Assembly: GCA_030704615.1 (NCBI GenBank)
Contig: CM060731.1
Coordinates: 15,128,001 to 15,192,000, forward strand
Direction of reading: 5' to 3'
DNA length: 64,000 nt
Source of the DNA: Takakia lepidozioides
Taxonomy: Eukaryota > Plantae > Bryophyta
This document shows, in pieces, positions 13,171 to 26,931 of this stretch. The notes below the pieces were generated by a model. That model did no database searches, was not told where the DNA came from, and saw only the letters and a program-made list of their open reading frames with translations. The number at the start of each line of letters is the position of its first letter. Positions within the stretch are counted from its first letter, which is position 1. The translations under genes and the position numbers were made by a program.

Positions 13171-14299
13171 TTATAATGGATCCCTGTAATAAGCTGCTAA
13201 CACAAACCTGGCCTTCATCAATTGTCTATGCTCTTTTTGAGCTTTGAACATTTCAACATGCTAGTCCGGAAATATGAAGATTATCTACGACATACACTGA
13301 GGCGAGTTTGCACTAACTAACCAGAACAAAAAAATTCAGTCTTTTCTTTCCTTTAATTTGTTCCATAAGCTCTTTGAGCTTCAGTTGAAATTTATAAAGC
13401 TCCTTTCCTTTGATTTCTGCAAAATGCTGAGCATTACCCAATGCATGCACAATCACTTAAGTTGAAACCTCCTCCCGCTCCTGGCAAGGAGAAGGAATAG
13501 CTGTCAACATGCATGAAGATACTTCTATTCCACAATAGCACTGCCAAACTCTGGATCTCCAGAAGCTCAGGATTCTCTTCATGCATAATCTTGGACACCG
13601 CTCCATAATAACGGTTTTTTTGTGATTACACTGCTACCGTTTGAATCAGAAATACCTCATTGTCAAGGTGGTCCTGCAAGGGTGTCAATCAATGAAGAAT
13701 TCCCCGGACATTGTCTCAGAAAATAGATATTATCTTCAGGCCGCCCACACATTGGGCAATGACAATCTCCCTTCTCTCTCTGCATCTGTTTATTGTTCAA
13801 AGGAAGACTCCCTGCCCTGAATTGTAACTTCAGTAGACTAGTGCCGCTCGGGTAGATAGGCCCTTCGGATCATCCTTAAGGTCCTCACCCATGTTACAAA
13901 CTGCCTAACGTCGTTTTGTTCCGACACTATTCAAAGTCAGCTTCATCTAAGAGGATCAGTTCTTCCTGCTCAGGTACTTGAAATCTCCTCTACCCCTATT
14001 TTGCCAGGACTCAGCCTGTTTAACAGGATGCTCTTGCTTCCAAGAAACAGAGTCGATCATCTTAGGGATGTGGTATGAGGCATGCGAAATGTGGAATGCC
14101 AAATGCACCTCCGGATAATCCCCTGTAAAAGCTAGTTGGGGATTTCAGACCATCATGGTTAAGACGTTAAGACCCCCTGGGAATGCCATTGTGCTTGCTC
14201 AGAGCCAACTATCCTCATATTGGAAAGCCTATCCCGACTGTCCAGTAGCTGGTAATAAATGTGACAGCTTTCCAGGTGATCACACTACCAGGCACGGCT

Positions 14300-15690
14300 T
14301 TCGAGGAAAGAAAGAAATGAAATGAAATAAACTTCGCAACGTCTACAAAGAGCTATGGGGCAAAGGAAAGCATAAACGAAGAAAAGTGGGGTATAGGTTG
14401 AGAAATGAAATGAAATGAAATGGTACTTTATAACGTCCGCGGAAAGCTCATAGAGCTTATGGGACAAAATGGAAACATGAGAGAGGAACAAGTCCAGAAA
14501 CCACAACTAATGTTCTAGCGAATGTCGAAGGGTGAAGGCCTCGTGCAGGTAGGCTGCCAAGCATTTTTGATCCTCATAGTGGAAGACATCAGTGAGAGTT
14601 TGGGTCCACTGAATAAACAGTGGAATCTCCCACGGATCTCGTAGTATAGAGGGCAGTAGAAGAAGAAGTGTTCTTCAGTTTCGATTTCCTGGCTGCGCCC
14701 TATGCAAGCTGGATATAGGCGGTCCTCCCGTTGCAGGTTTTCCCATCTGCCAGTCTCTATCCGTAGGTTGTGGGAACCCACCCTGAACCGCCCCAATGCC
14801 CTCAGGAGGGAAGGAGATAAAGAGGCCGAAAGGTAATTGGGCCGCAAGATTCTATCATCCCTGAGAACCAAGAATTTTTCTCGATAGAAATGGAGCTTTG
14901 TTGTGAGGTTGGGTAACTTCCTCCTGACATGTAACTCCATGAGCTCCTTTCTAATGAGTTGGTTGCGGTCATGCCTGGATGTGATTTCCACCTCTTCTGG
15001 GTTCACTGGCAAAAGTGAAGCTATAGAGAGTCCATGGCGTTCAAAAAAGGTATCCACACGGGCATACCAGGATTGTTTGAAGCCTGCATTTTTGAGTCTC
15101 ATAGATGTTGTGATGGCCCTGGCCACCAGCCCCTTGGGGGGAAGGCCTTGTAACCTATGCAGGAAAATTGTAAGCCGGAAGAGGGCCTCAGTTTGGAGTG
15201 GCACAGCCGTATTCTGCATTCAATATGTGCGATGGAGTTGTGCCTCAAGCATTGCTTGGAGGAAAAATGACTGCAATGGTTCCAGATTGTTTTCCCACCA
15301 GGAAACTGGGACTGCAGGTGCCCAGAATTCACAACCAAAAGTGGCATTTGGGGTGACTACGCTATCAAACAGCCACTTCTTGGTCGGTGGGTGGCGCAGG
15401 TGTATCTGCTTGCATTTGGCCTGAAGGCGGATGGAGGTTGCCTTGCCTTTTGTCAATCTGTCCAGGGCAGTGGCTGCAAAGTGGAATTTGGGGGAGTGGA
15501 TAACCAGCCCCAGATATCGGTAGGATTTGACTATCTCCACCTCCCGATTGTTGAGGAAGAATCTGCGGTCGGCCAGCCCATTGACAACCATAATCTTGGT
15601 TTTTGTAAGGTTGACTTGAAACCCATAGTCATTGGAGAACTGTTCCAAGAAAGAGACCCTGCGCAGTCTATTTGTAAGAAACCGTATCAT
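14300..15690 (-). mobile_element. 5'-truncated LINE (RTE/RTEX-like): end of RT, C-terminal Cys/His region and 3' UTR with (CATTT)n tail
   Basis: YGFQVNLTKTKIMV, YRYLGL and LGRFRVGSHNLRIETGRW...IETEEHFFFYCPLY; internal stop at 15220; plus-strand GAAAT repeats at ~14310 and ~14400. Confidence 0.85.
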
Positions 15691-17327
15691 AACAGACCTT
15701 CACCTTTTACCTCAATTGTCACACCAGTGCCTGAGTCAGTAAAATCTTCGATCCAAGACCACCAAAGAGCAGAGCAGATTAAGTCCCACTACTCATTGTT
15801 GCGCAGTGACCTCTGCTTGACATTCACAATAGACATCTGACAAGTAGGGCTGCAGACTATTTTCGGCATGTACGAAATTAGTCACCTACTTAAAATCTTG
15901 AATCAGGCTACTGCATTGTTTGAATTACTTAATTCACAACGTTCCCTAATCATCTTCACATGTTCATAGCTTCAAGAGAGTTACCAGCCAGCAATCATGA
16001 ACACACAGACTACACTTTTGATTACCCAATGTGAGTGCTGGTGAAGTCTTCTGCTGCATTCTGGGCTTCATTCATGCTTTGTCTTTACGGTTGTCGATGA
16101 TCTTGTGCCTGCCGTGAGCAAGGAACTACAAGAGGGTGTGGGGGTTCAACAGAGAGACCATCCCAGAGCACATCTACAAACAACCCTTTTAGTGTGCCAG
16201 TCAACTCAGGCCTCACCCAGTTTGGTTCTGTATCAAAAAACCGAACTCTGAAGAAACGCTCTGGAGCAACTATGGATGGTAGTTGCAGCACTTCCTTTCA
16301 CCCAGCTTGCTTTGGTTAGACAGCTCTCTAAATCCACAAGAGAGATTAAACTTCAAAGGGGAACTAACACCAGAGAAGATCGCAGCTCCAGGATGTGTTG
16401 CCAACAAACAGGAAGCTGAAAACAGCCAACCCCTCCAGGCATATGTGCTGACAAAGCTAGAAGAGCAGCTCTGTTTAAGCAATTGGGCGGCAGAGCATCA
16501 CAGTGGATTTTCCACTGATACCACGCTTTGATTGTAAGCCCTGGGGTCAGTGTTCATACTTGGCCTGTTTTGCCATCATTGGAAGATGCTGTAAGACACT
16601 GGATTTCTTAAATGTTTAAAACAGTTTTAGACATGCAATCAACTTCAAGAGCAAATAGTTCAGAACCAGATGTCAAGATTCTCAGTGTTTAATCTGAATT
16701 TGCAAGCTGCAATTGCGATGTTCTTGTGGTCACATATGACAGAATCCATGGAAGCTGTTGTGTTTTGTGATGGATCATTACATGTCAAGCTTTGAAATCA
16801 ACCAAGACCAAGCTTTAAATTCATTCTGTGGTGTCATGAGCATACATCACCCTCGTAGGCTGAAACCCTAAGCGATACAATTGTAGCCGTTGCTAATTTG
16901 AAGCTGCACGCTTTGAATCATCCCGCGTGTCAGCGTCGCATCCTGTTGCATGCATCGCATTACGTGCCTATGCGCAGCATTTCTCTAGTGTCGCGACTCT
17001 GAAGCAAGCCACACCCCCGAGATTGTTTTGGTCTGATTAGGAGAGAAAGACGACAAGGGTTCAGATCCGTCAATGCGTCAGACTTGTCTTCCACTGCACG
17101 CTTGATCCCGCAAAGGATAGAATCTCAAGATGATTTGAAAGAGAGTGAAGTCTGCATGGAGGTGCAAACTAGCTGGTTAGTAGAGCTTTCTACCTACGAA
17201 GCAACCATGGCGAAAGTGCAGTAACGATTAGAGGCTTGTGTCCAATTTCTCGAAGAGATTTTACAACTCCTTACCTTGCTGCCTACAGATTTTCAAGAAA
17301 TTATTGAAGTTGTGAGAAGCCATTACG

Positions 17328-18095
17328 ATGCCAGCATATGGACTACGTTCCGCTAAAGTATCACAATGTCCGCTATCTCTTGCACGCTATCGTCAAAGTG
17401 CTGCGTCTGGAGGCTCCTTGACACCATTCAACATTCCTCCTTCCATTTCGTCAGCATGGCCGCCATCTCTTGCAGGCTATCATCACAGTGATGCTTCCGG
17501 AGGCTCCTTGGCACCGTTCAGCGTCCCTCCTGCCAAGACGCCAGTATGTCCGCCATCTCTTACACGCTATCATGAAAGTGCTTCCGGAGGCTCCGTCCCT
17601 CCTGCCAAGTCGTCAGCATCATGTCCGCCACCTCTTGCACGCTATGATCAAGCCGTTTCTTCCGAAGGCTACTCGATCCCACTCCAAACACCTCCTCTCT
17701 GCTCAAACTCTTCGTCTTATGCTCCATCTCGGCCAACTGCATTGTCAGCGCTTGAATCGGACTCTTTCGTTCCACATCCACTAAACCCGCAGTCTCTCTC
17801 CCCGTCATTCCAGCACAAGGTGTTTAGTAAGACCCAATCTCAGCCTGATGTCGCCTTGGACAAACATGGACAGGAAATTTCTACAACAAAGGTTCATACG
17901 ATTCCTGGCCCTAACTCCAGACCTACCCGGCCCGCAAACTCCCCCTACACTGCAGTGTCACCAGCAAACGTGGGATTTGGAACGATTTACTCTCCATCTC
18001 CTAGTAAGAGCTCATCTGCTGATAGCATCATACCTCTCCATAGTCACACATTTTGCTCAAGGTTAGATGACCGTTTGCAGGCTGGAAGATTCTAG
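17328..18095 (+). other. Pro/Ser-rich ORF containing ~4 imperfect ~80-90 bp tandem repeats; coding status unknown
   Basis: The repeat unit xPPSLARYxxSASGGS recurs four times at ~17365-17660; no recognisable domain. Confidence 0.35.
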
Positions 18096-20603
18096 CAAGT
18101 TGGCAATTGCTACATTGTTGTTGTGGCGGTGCTGGCACTCTGAAAGTGCACATGCATGGAAATATGCAATGGGTTCAACAATGTAGTTGGGATCTTTGAA
18201 TTGGGACTCATTTTATGCTAAGAGTGTTAGCCTGTTAGTTGGATTATCCTTTCAGCTGTGCTAAACATATTTCTGAAGGTGTGGTTCCTATGAATTCTCG
18301 CTACAGGCCAAATAGCTGCGGATCGCAACGTAGCCACATTTCCACATGGAACAACAGACGCATCAAGAGAATCAAAGCCTCGATGCGTCAATTCAGCAGC
18401 CGGCTTGAAGGTCCTCCATTGTCTTATTTTACAGTGCTGTTGAGAGAGTGGTTGAAAGTAGTTGGACTGCCTTGTTTTGGTGAGCTGGCATATTGTGTAA
18501 CAAGCCACTTGCGCACTGTTAGGAGGATCTGAAGGCTCTAAAGAAACGTTCAACCACCACCACACCTTTCCCTCAATCCATCCTGTAATGGTAATAAGAG
18601 ATATGGTTCATCTTCTGTACACAAAAGGCCTTGAGTCTCCTGTTGATTGCAACTATGCTCCAAATGTCTCCTAACAAGATTGGGCCTCAGTGCTATGTTT
18701 TGTTTGCCCTTGAGAGAATTACAACTTCGATTTATGATACATGTGGAAGTTTCAAAAATTGGTTCTGTTGTGTTGCAGCATGCTTTGACTGGAGATCAAG
18801 ACTCAGTTGTTCGTGCATCTGCCCCTTTTGCTGGTCACGTGCCCTCCTGTCAGGAGTCGCCCACTCCAGATGCATTTGGTTTCAGTGTGTCAGGAGCTTC
18901 AGGAACACCCCCTTTCTGTCTCCCTCATGCAACAGGGAAAGTAGACACATCACTTGATAATTCTCAGGAAGTGGCCAGCTTACATCCTTTGGTCATGAGC
19001 CTTCACAATCTGTCCCAGGTGTTATCGAGTTTTCAGTCATCATCGTTCAACAGAGCTTCAGAGAACTACAAGGTGTTGCAAATGACAATTTACAATCTCT
19101 CTGTGTGCCTTCTTCATGAGGATCAACACAAGCTGCTGCAGGGCTTTCTTGGTAATTGCCCTCAGACCTGGAGGTCAATTGTGCCCCCCCTCCATTCACT
19201 GGTACGCACATCTAATCTACACGAATTTTGGTATGAGGGTATTCATGTTGCTTTTGCGTAATACGTTCTTACAGACTGTCATGTTCTCAGTTTTGAAGCA
19301 TTATTATGCATTGACTTGGAAGGTGGTCAGTTAGCTTCAGGGTGATGGAAAGTGTTCAACATTCCAGGTAATTATGTTTATGATGGAAGGAACAAAAACA
19401 GTCATTCAATTGGAATAGTGCTTGTACAGGATGTACAAGGCGGGCTTCAGGCAGGTGGAGGTCAATGTACTGGTGTTGCAACTACGGATGTGGTAACAGA
19501 GGCAGGTAGCCGATCATTCTGCCAGCAGGCATCAGTGTCTCATAGTGAACTCCCAAAGAAGGAGAGGGTACCCCCAGGGGTTGAAGAGACTGCAACAACC
19601 ACAACAGAAGGTATTAGCAGTGTATGGTGGGCAAGCTGAGGTGATGTTTTTCAATGATAAGAAAAGAAGTGCAGGTCATGTTTAGAGTGATTGCCTGAAT
19701 TTATCCATTGTGACCCCAGCCCTAAGCTTTTTCCTGCTCTCACCATGTTCAAGAGCCAACTGTATCTCAAATTAGCTTGGAGTGGGGTCATGCATGAACT
19801 GCAGTCAAGTCCGAGGTCTTGGGACTTCTCTGTTCTCAGGCCACATGAAATCATGCAGGTCCTACCTCCCAAGACCGGAATGCACTTCGGCCTCACTGCA
19901 CCTGTGCTTCAAGAGATATTCCTTCACTGGTACCGGATCTCGGTGCACATTGCTCAAGTGGAAGTGGAACTACACATGTTTGTTGTCATATCCTTGTGTC
20001 ATGATCCTTGCTTCCAAGACTCAAGCGTTGAGGCCAGATTATGTTCAATCAGTTTCGGTTTGCTTCTCGCACCTATTAGAGTGTTGATCTTGGTTGTACA
20101 TGTCTCAATCTTTAGTTCCATCCGATGAAGAATGGTACCTTGCTTTCAATGTTGAACGAAGCATCTTAAGAAAGCATTCATGGAATGACAGAAATCTCAA
20201 GGAATCTTGTGGTTCATAGGTCCACTGCAACGCTTGCTTTAGGTGATAACTTTGTTTGTCTTGCTCTCTCATAAGGTCAAAGAGCAGTAAAGAGATATGG
20301 TGAATTGTGAACAGACACCAACACCACTGCATGCGGTAGCATTTTTCCTAGATCTTGCAGTGGATCAGGGGGTAATGGCTTTCGAAAAATCCATCAAACT
20401 CCTCAAAGTGGAGCTCACCTCTTTGGTGTACATCAGTCATGGGTGTCTCAACATAGCTCTCCACCTTCCAGGGAACAACAATTTTTTCCGATAACAATAT
20501 ATCTGTAGCATGTCAGTGTTTGGTCTCCAGTGGTGTTGATGTGATTGTGGACCAGCTCTTTTACAAACTGATCCACGAAGCTGCCTGCTGGACCTGGCGG
20601 GGA

Positions 20604-23600
20604 TCAGAAATCATCATCACTGGTATTACCGTCAATGTCCAAAAGGTCCTCATCCGCTTCGTCAAGATCCTACATAACAAATCAACAAAAGCTTGTTGCA
20701 GTCATTACAAAGGCTACTACACCAGATTCCATCAAAACTGTGAAGACAAGGAAACAAATTAGTCTCTTTATCTCTTGACCCCCCCACACAAGATGAGCTC
20801 TGGTGTATTCTTCACATACTGATGAAGAAAAGAACTAGACCAAAGTTAAACCCCCTCTATAGAGGTTCTCAGAAAGATGAAGAAGCTGACCCTAGAGACT
20901 TCAGATCCGTTGAGTGAAGCTTCTATGGAGTCCACTGTGCGACTCATCTTCTCTTCCCCCACTGATCCCGTGTGCTGAGCTACGTCAGGGTCTGCATCAC
21001 TTCCCTGGGTGCTGGGTCTCTTGCTGAGTCTCGGCGAAGAAATGTCTGGTGTACTCTTGTTGACAATACTCAACCTACTTCCACTCCAATTCAAAGGCCT
21101 CTGCTAACACCATAGTTGCCAACTAGTGAATGTGTGCTCTTCAAGTCCGATTGGTACTCACCATGTCAGCAGTGTAGAGTCTCTAGAAGGGATTGAACAA
21201 AAACAGTAAGAGAAATGACTCAGTTGGCTGCTTGGGATCCGAAATTTGTGCTAGAAAGGAGATAGTCAACAAAATAATGTCAAGAAACTTACTAGGGAGA
21301 ACTTGTGTAAGTTCCATACTGGGAGTATTAGAATGTGGCAAGGACTAGGCCAGTGCAGGTCTTCGGTAGCCCGAGATGGTGAACCACCACTGCACAATCT
21401 ATATATATATATATATATATATACATTCAATTACCCCACAGGAGTTGGGGATGATGTCATTCTTTCTTCTTAAAAGAGTTTTTCAACAACTTTCAGGACA
21501 GATGAGAACTGAGTAGTTAGTCAGTCTGGCTGGCTGAAGATGCAAACAGACGTAGTTCATAGGCTCACTGTGTCCTCAGAGGAATTCCCTGGTACTTCCA
21601 TCAACACTGGCCACCTGACGAGATGGTGAGGAAGTTTGTGATCAACCCCATGCTTTCTCCCCTTTACTTGGTGAGCAAGCAGAAGTCTTGTTCCAACAAG
21701 TTGGAACAAAGGTTCAGTACTCTTAGCGTAATTCATTTAGCCAGGTCAACAAATAAAGGGATGGGAGGATAACTTATTGAGCAATCAAGAAGTCCGGCAA
21801 GCTGCTGTTCTGACCAAGTTTTATCAGATGGCGGGTAACACCCACCATTTGGAGATCCATGCAGATTTCTTTGTGGAGTCGAAATGAAGAAAAAACTTTT
21901 GGCTATGATATGACATTTTGGTACCATAGCCTGGAGGGTGCAACTGTAGTGCTGAGATTGTTCCTTGACCCTGGGTCCATCTCACACAGATACTTAAGGA
22001 TCCAGCTCTGGTCTTGGTCACAACAGCTCAGTCACAAGAAACAAGGTATTCTTATGTTGTCAGTTGATGTTACCAAAATAGGAGTTTAGGCTCACCTTGG
22101 GGAAAGCATTGTCACTGCTGCTACTGCCAAATGCTTCCAAGTCTTTCTGCATTCTAGACTTTGATGCACCCCCATTGTACCAATTCCAGAAGTTGGTTCC
22201 TTCCCCTTCAGACTCTTCTGAGCTTTCCATATTCACAACTGCATCATCAGCCACCTCCTCTCCTCGCAGGATGCACAGCTCCTGTTCCCGCAGGTCAAAC
22301 CAATCACAGATTTGTTCATGTTTTGCATTATTTTCGTGACTAATTTGCATGTGGTGTCGAATAGTCCAACCAATCCACTGAAGGACTGTATAAAGGAATA
22401 TATGACAACAAACCGATCACAACTAGCATCATAATCAACTTCACTTTCCTCCATGAATGTAGGAAATGAGCTCCAGAAATTTTCTGTACCCGTCTAGAAA
22501 TTTTGAATCCCACAGGCTCTGATGACCAGTGGCAATAGTAAACTCTCATCCAACACAACCATCACTTTTTTCCCAAGCCAGAGATGGTACAAACCTTGCC
22601 CATCCTAGACTTAATTCTTGGTTGGAGTTCTCTGAGGTTGTCCATCATAGGAAGGGTAAGATCATGTAGCAATGGACCTCATTGTGTAACCGACGTTGCA
22701 AGTGCAGCGGTCTGTTTCATCCAGCTTTTCTTGTTCATCTCAGCTATGGCTTTCCATCTGACTCTCGAGCCACTGCAAGTTTTGCAGTTTCTCCACATAT
22801 ACAAAAAACAAACCATGCAAATCCTTCTGCAGCACTTCATACTCATCCATGTACGCTGGCCTGAACATCAAAGGATCTTTGTTTGTGCCACTTCCAGACA
22901 GGGATGTGGAGAGGTTTGCTACACCTTTTTGGCCTTGAAAAAGTAAAAGATAGGATCCTCACACCATGAGCACTAATGGCATGTTGAACCAGCTCGGTCA
23001 GTATGTGGAACCCAAAATGGATCCCAAACATTTCCTAATCTTCCTATTGGTTTCATCCCTCCAGGACTCCTAACCCTTGTTTTGGGTCAGGGGCATCCAG
23101 CACATCTTTCTATAAGGCTGTCTAGAAATGCTCGGGGCAGGGTGTTTTGCTTGTTTGTTTGTTTTTTTCCCTTTCTTGTTTCTTTCTTTCTCATCCCATA
23201 GGCTCTTTGAGCTTCCCCTGGATCTTATAAACTACCATTTCATTTCATTTCATTTATATCTCATCTCTTTGTTTACTAGTTTGTGCATAGGCCCTTGGGG
23301 CACATAATATAAGTGTCTTCGTCATCTTTTCCCTTGCCCTGGACTTCCCAAAGGGTCTTTGTTTCTTTTTATTCTAATTTACCAGTAGGCCATTAGAGCT
23401 TTTCTCTCTCTCTATCTCACAAGGTCTTCCCATGGTCATCATCCCTATAGAGTTACATAGACCTGGTGCGGAACAAACTACTTAAAGTCTTCTGTCGCTC
23501 CAACAAACCTGACACTTTGGAGAGTAGAGAGGCGTTTTCCACTGCGCTCCAGTTCAAACTTCCGTTTCTCATACTTAGCACGCAGGGCCTTCTCGTCTCT

Positions 23601-24046
23601 CTCCACAGAACTCTGTTCCTGTTCTGCGGATGCAATGCTCTCTTGTACTGCACTGATGGCATCTCTCATGCTGTGCTCTATTTCATCCATGTCAGTGTTC
23701 ATCATGGTTGCTCTCATCTTGCTTCCTATCCAATAAAAATTAGCACAAGTTGGACAGCAAAAACTAGACAGTTGTGGATCTCATGTTAATTTGGAAATCT
23801 CCTGTCTTTCTCATGATGTTGATTAACTAATACTGCACTCTGAGACCCACTATACGTCAGGCTGCATACCCTTTGTAATACTACACAGAGGAAATCGGAA
23901 GGGGTACCATGACAGACCTGGAGTTCAGGCTCTGTCTCAAGAACATCATAGAGTGCCGCCCCACATTTTGTAATCTCGCTAACAAGCACTCTGGTGGCCT
24001 TCACATCAAATGCTTTTATTGCTGGACCAAGCTCGGCATTGTCACT
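20604..24046 (-). pseudogene. CLUAP1: CLUAP1/IFT38 (intraflagellar transport) gene remnant, C-terminal exons only, with premature stop and frameshift
   Basis: Exons give FDVKATRVLVSEITKCGAALYDVL, DEKALRAKYEKRKFELERSGKRLSTLQSVR|PAYMDEYEVLQKDL...YVEKLQNLQWLESQ, LREQELCILRGE and an acidic end ...NTSDDDF*, matching CLUAP1 motifs. There is an in-frame TGA at 22740-22742, and no N-terminal exons were found. Confidence 0.85.
23040..23255 (+). mobile_element. Short 3'-end fragment of the same LINE family as 14300-15690, in a CLUAP1 intron
   Basis: ctctttgagcttcccctggatcttataaactaccatttcatttcattt resembles the reverse complement of 14400-14455. Confidence 0.55.
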
Positions 24047-24979
24047 CTGTCCCCCCACCATCCAATATTCAAACCTCCCTGAATACTTTCCCTTCCCACA
24101 CCCCACTTCCCTCCCCTGAAGACTGAAAGGGGAAAGGTCAACTACGTAGAGAAATAAGAAGGAAAGGAAGACAAAAAAAAAAATTAGAGCACAACATATC
24201 AGTACCACAAGCAGCTGATGGACATACATATGGTCTCTATAACTTGGCAGGAATCCAATCACACCACAATCTGTTTATGTTTTAGAAACAGTAGTGCATC
24301 AACATCAATGGTTGGAATGATATTATGTTTTGACCATTTCTTTAATTTAAGAAGTGATATTAATAAATTTCCTACTTCCATTCAATCGTGTCAAGTCCGA
24401 TGTTTCTTGTTAAACACCATAGTTGGCAAAGAATGAGCTCACAATTTGTTATGTTTAGGAACAGGAGTGTATCAATTTCCAGAGTTGTACTCAGTTGATG
24501 TAACTGAAACGACAGCTCGAGAAGCAAGATTAGTGAACAGAATGCTGCACTTCGAGTTGGAGCAGAAAGAGGTGGAATCGACCCGTTTAAGACTTAAAGT
24601 GGAGGATATGCACACAATTCAAACTGAAATGCATACTCTAAATGAGAACCTGAAGTCTGCTACAAATAAACTGACAGAGGAGCTACTATCTAAGAGACAG
24701 GAAAGTCAAGGTACTATACTCTTGTATAATTATATGATGTTATAGTGATATATTTAATATTTTCTGCTTATTTTTGTACTTGAATTTATGTTAATGATGT
24801 CACTTTAACTATTTCGATGCATCTATTTATTTGTTTATTCATTTAATAAGCATCATTATCATTGTAAAACTAATAAATTGATAGAATATTTTCACTACTG
24901 ATAATATACTTAATCAGAATAATTTCAGTTTTTAATTTATAAACTATGTTTGTTTATTATATGTAGTTGTAAAGATGTA

Positions 24980-25903
24980 CTAGGGTAGCCTGTGCCGTTG
25001 GCCCAAGTGTCGAGTGTCATGTAAGTCCAAATGCAATCCCCTATGTATCCAAGTGCGTCTCCTATGTCGAGGCCCAAATGCGACCTCTAGGGTAGTCTGT
25101 GCCGTTGGGCCAAGTGTCCAGTGTCATCTAAGTCCAAGTGCAATCCCCTCTGTATCCAAGTGCGTCTCCTATGTCGAGGCCCAAATGCGACCTCCAGGGT
25201 AGCCTGTGCTGTTGGCCCAAGTGTCCAATGTCAACGAAGCCCAAGTGTAAGATCTTCTATGTATCCCATGCGTCTCCTATTTCGAGGCCCAAGTGCGACC
25301 TCTAGTGTAGCCTATGTCATTTGCCCCATATGTGAAGAATTGAAATCTAAGACCAAGTGTAATTTCCTATGTATCCAAGTGCATCTCCCATGTAGAGCCC
25401 CAATTGTTCACTGTCATGTAAGCCCAAGTCCAATCTCCTATGTATCGAGTGCAATTTCTTGTGTATCCAAGTGCGTCTCCTATGTCGAGGCCCAAGTGCA
25501 ACCTCTAGGCCCTAGGATAGCATGTGTCGTTGGCCCAAGTGTCCAATGTCATCTAAGTCATTCAAGTCTAATCAGTTTTTTTTCCACAGAGCCTACGACC
25601 AGATTTGAACCGGAGACCTTTCCCTTGATATCTCTCCCGTCGAGGCTCCAACCATTGTCTAGGAATGCCCACTTTGCCATTTTTGCTATTTTTTGTGAAT
25701 TTCCAGCGACCAAAAGTACTTGGAATTCGACATCTCCCACACCGCATGTCCAAAAATCATGAGACCAAGCCCGTGCACCCCTCCTCGTCGAGGGCTTTCC
25801 AACGGTACCAAGCACCAGGGGCTGGGGCCTTGCGGTTCGGGACATCTCAACGCGACAAAACAAAACAAAACAAACAAAACAAACATCTCGCTTCATATAT
25901 TGA
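24980..25903 (-). mobile_element. Non-autonomous Helitron unit 1 (minisatellite-filled)
   Basis: The minus strand starts TCAATATATGAAG and ends GGGCCAACGGCACAGGCTACCCTAG followed by T, with an imperfect subterminal hairpin; internal CCAAGTG-rich repeats. Confidence 0.75.
25575..25670 (-). other. tRNA-derived (SINE-head-like) fragment inside Helitron unit 1
   Basis: The minus strand has an A-box-like TAGACAATGG, a B box GGTTCAAATC and a short A run; not seen in unit 2. Confidence 0.4.
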
Positions 25904-26931
25904 CTAGGGTAGCCTGTGCCGTTGGCCCAAGTGTCTAAGCCCATGTGCAATCTCCTATGTATCCAAGTGAGTCTCCTACGTCGAGGCCCAAGTCGACCTC
26001 TACGATAGCTTGTGCCGTTGGCCCATGTGTAAATAATTGAAATCTAAGACCAAGTGCAATTTCCTATGTATCCTAGTGCGTCTCCTATGTCGAGACTCAG
26101 CTAAGTCCAAGTGCATCTCCCATGTAGAGGCCCAAGTGTCCACTGTCATTTAAGCCCAAGTGCAATCTCCTATGTATCCAAGTGCGTCTCCTATGTATCC
26201 AAGGACATCTCCCACATGCGCCTCCTATGTCGAGGCCCATCTAAGCCCAATGTGCAATCTTTTAAGTATCCAAGTGCATCTCCCGTGTAGACGCCCAAGT
26301 GTCCACGACCAAGTGCAATTTCTTATGTCTCCCAGTGCGTCTCTTATGTCTCCCAGTGCGTCTCTTATGTTGAGGCCCAAGTGCGACCTCTAGTGTAGCC
26401 TGCGTCGTGGCCCATGTGTAAAAAATTGAAATCTAAGCCCAAGTGCAATCTTCTATTCATGTATCCAAGTGCATCTCCCAGGTAGAGGCCCAAGTGTGAC
26501 CTCCATGTCGATCCCCAATGTATCCAAAGACCTACAGTTTGGGAGATCTCTATGTCATTGCCCACTTTGCTATTTTTGCAATCTCCCTTGTCGAGGCTTC
26601 ATATGTTGATATATCCACTTTGCTATTTTTTGTGAATTTCCAGCGACCAAAAGTATTTGAAATTCCAAATCTCCCACATGAAGGCCCAATCAGTGCTCTA
26701 GGAAAGCCCACTTTGCTATTTTTCTCGAATTTCCAGCAACCAAAAGTACTTGGAATTCCACATCTCCCTCACCGCTGGTCCAAAAATCATGAGACCAAGC
26801 CGGTGCACCCCTCCTCCTCGAGGGCTTTCCAACGGCACCAAGCACCCACGCTGGTGCCCCACGGTTTGGGAGATCTCAATGACGCTACAAAACAAAACAA
26901 AACAAAACAAACGTCTTGCTTCATATATTGA
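25904..26931 (-). mobile_element. Non-autonomous Helitron unit 2, head-to-tail with unit 1
   Basis: Same TC...CTAG termini as unit 1; preceded by A on the minus strand, so the pair sits at an A|T target with no TSD; CTAG|TC junction at 25903/25904. Confidence 0.75.

Noticed and set aside
18200-20500. Several 70-200 aa ORFs
   Set aside because: No recognisable domains, frequent stops and inconsistent frames; left unannotated.
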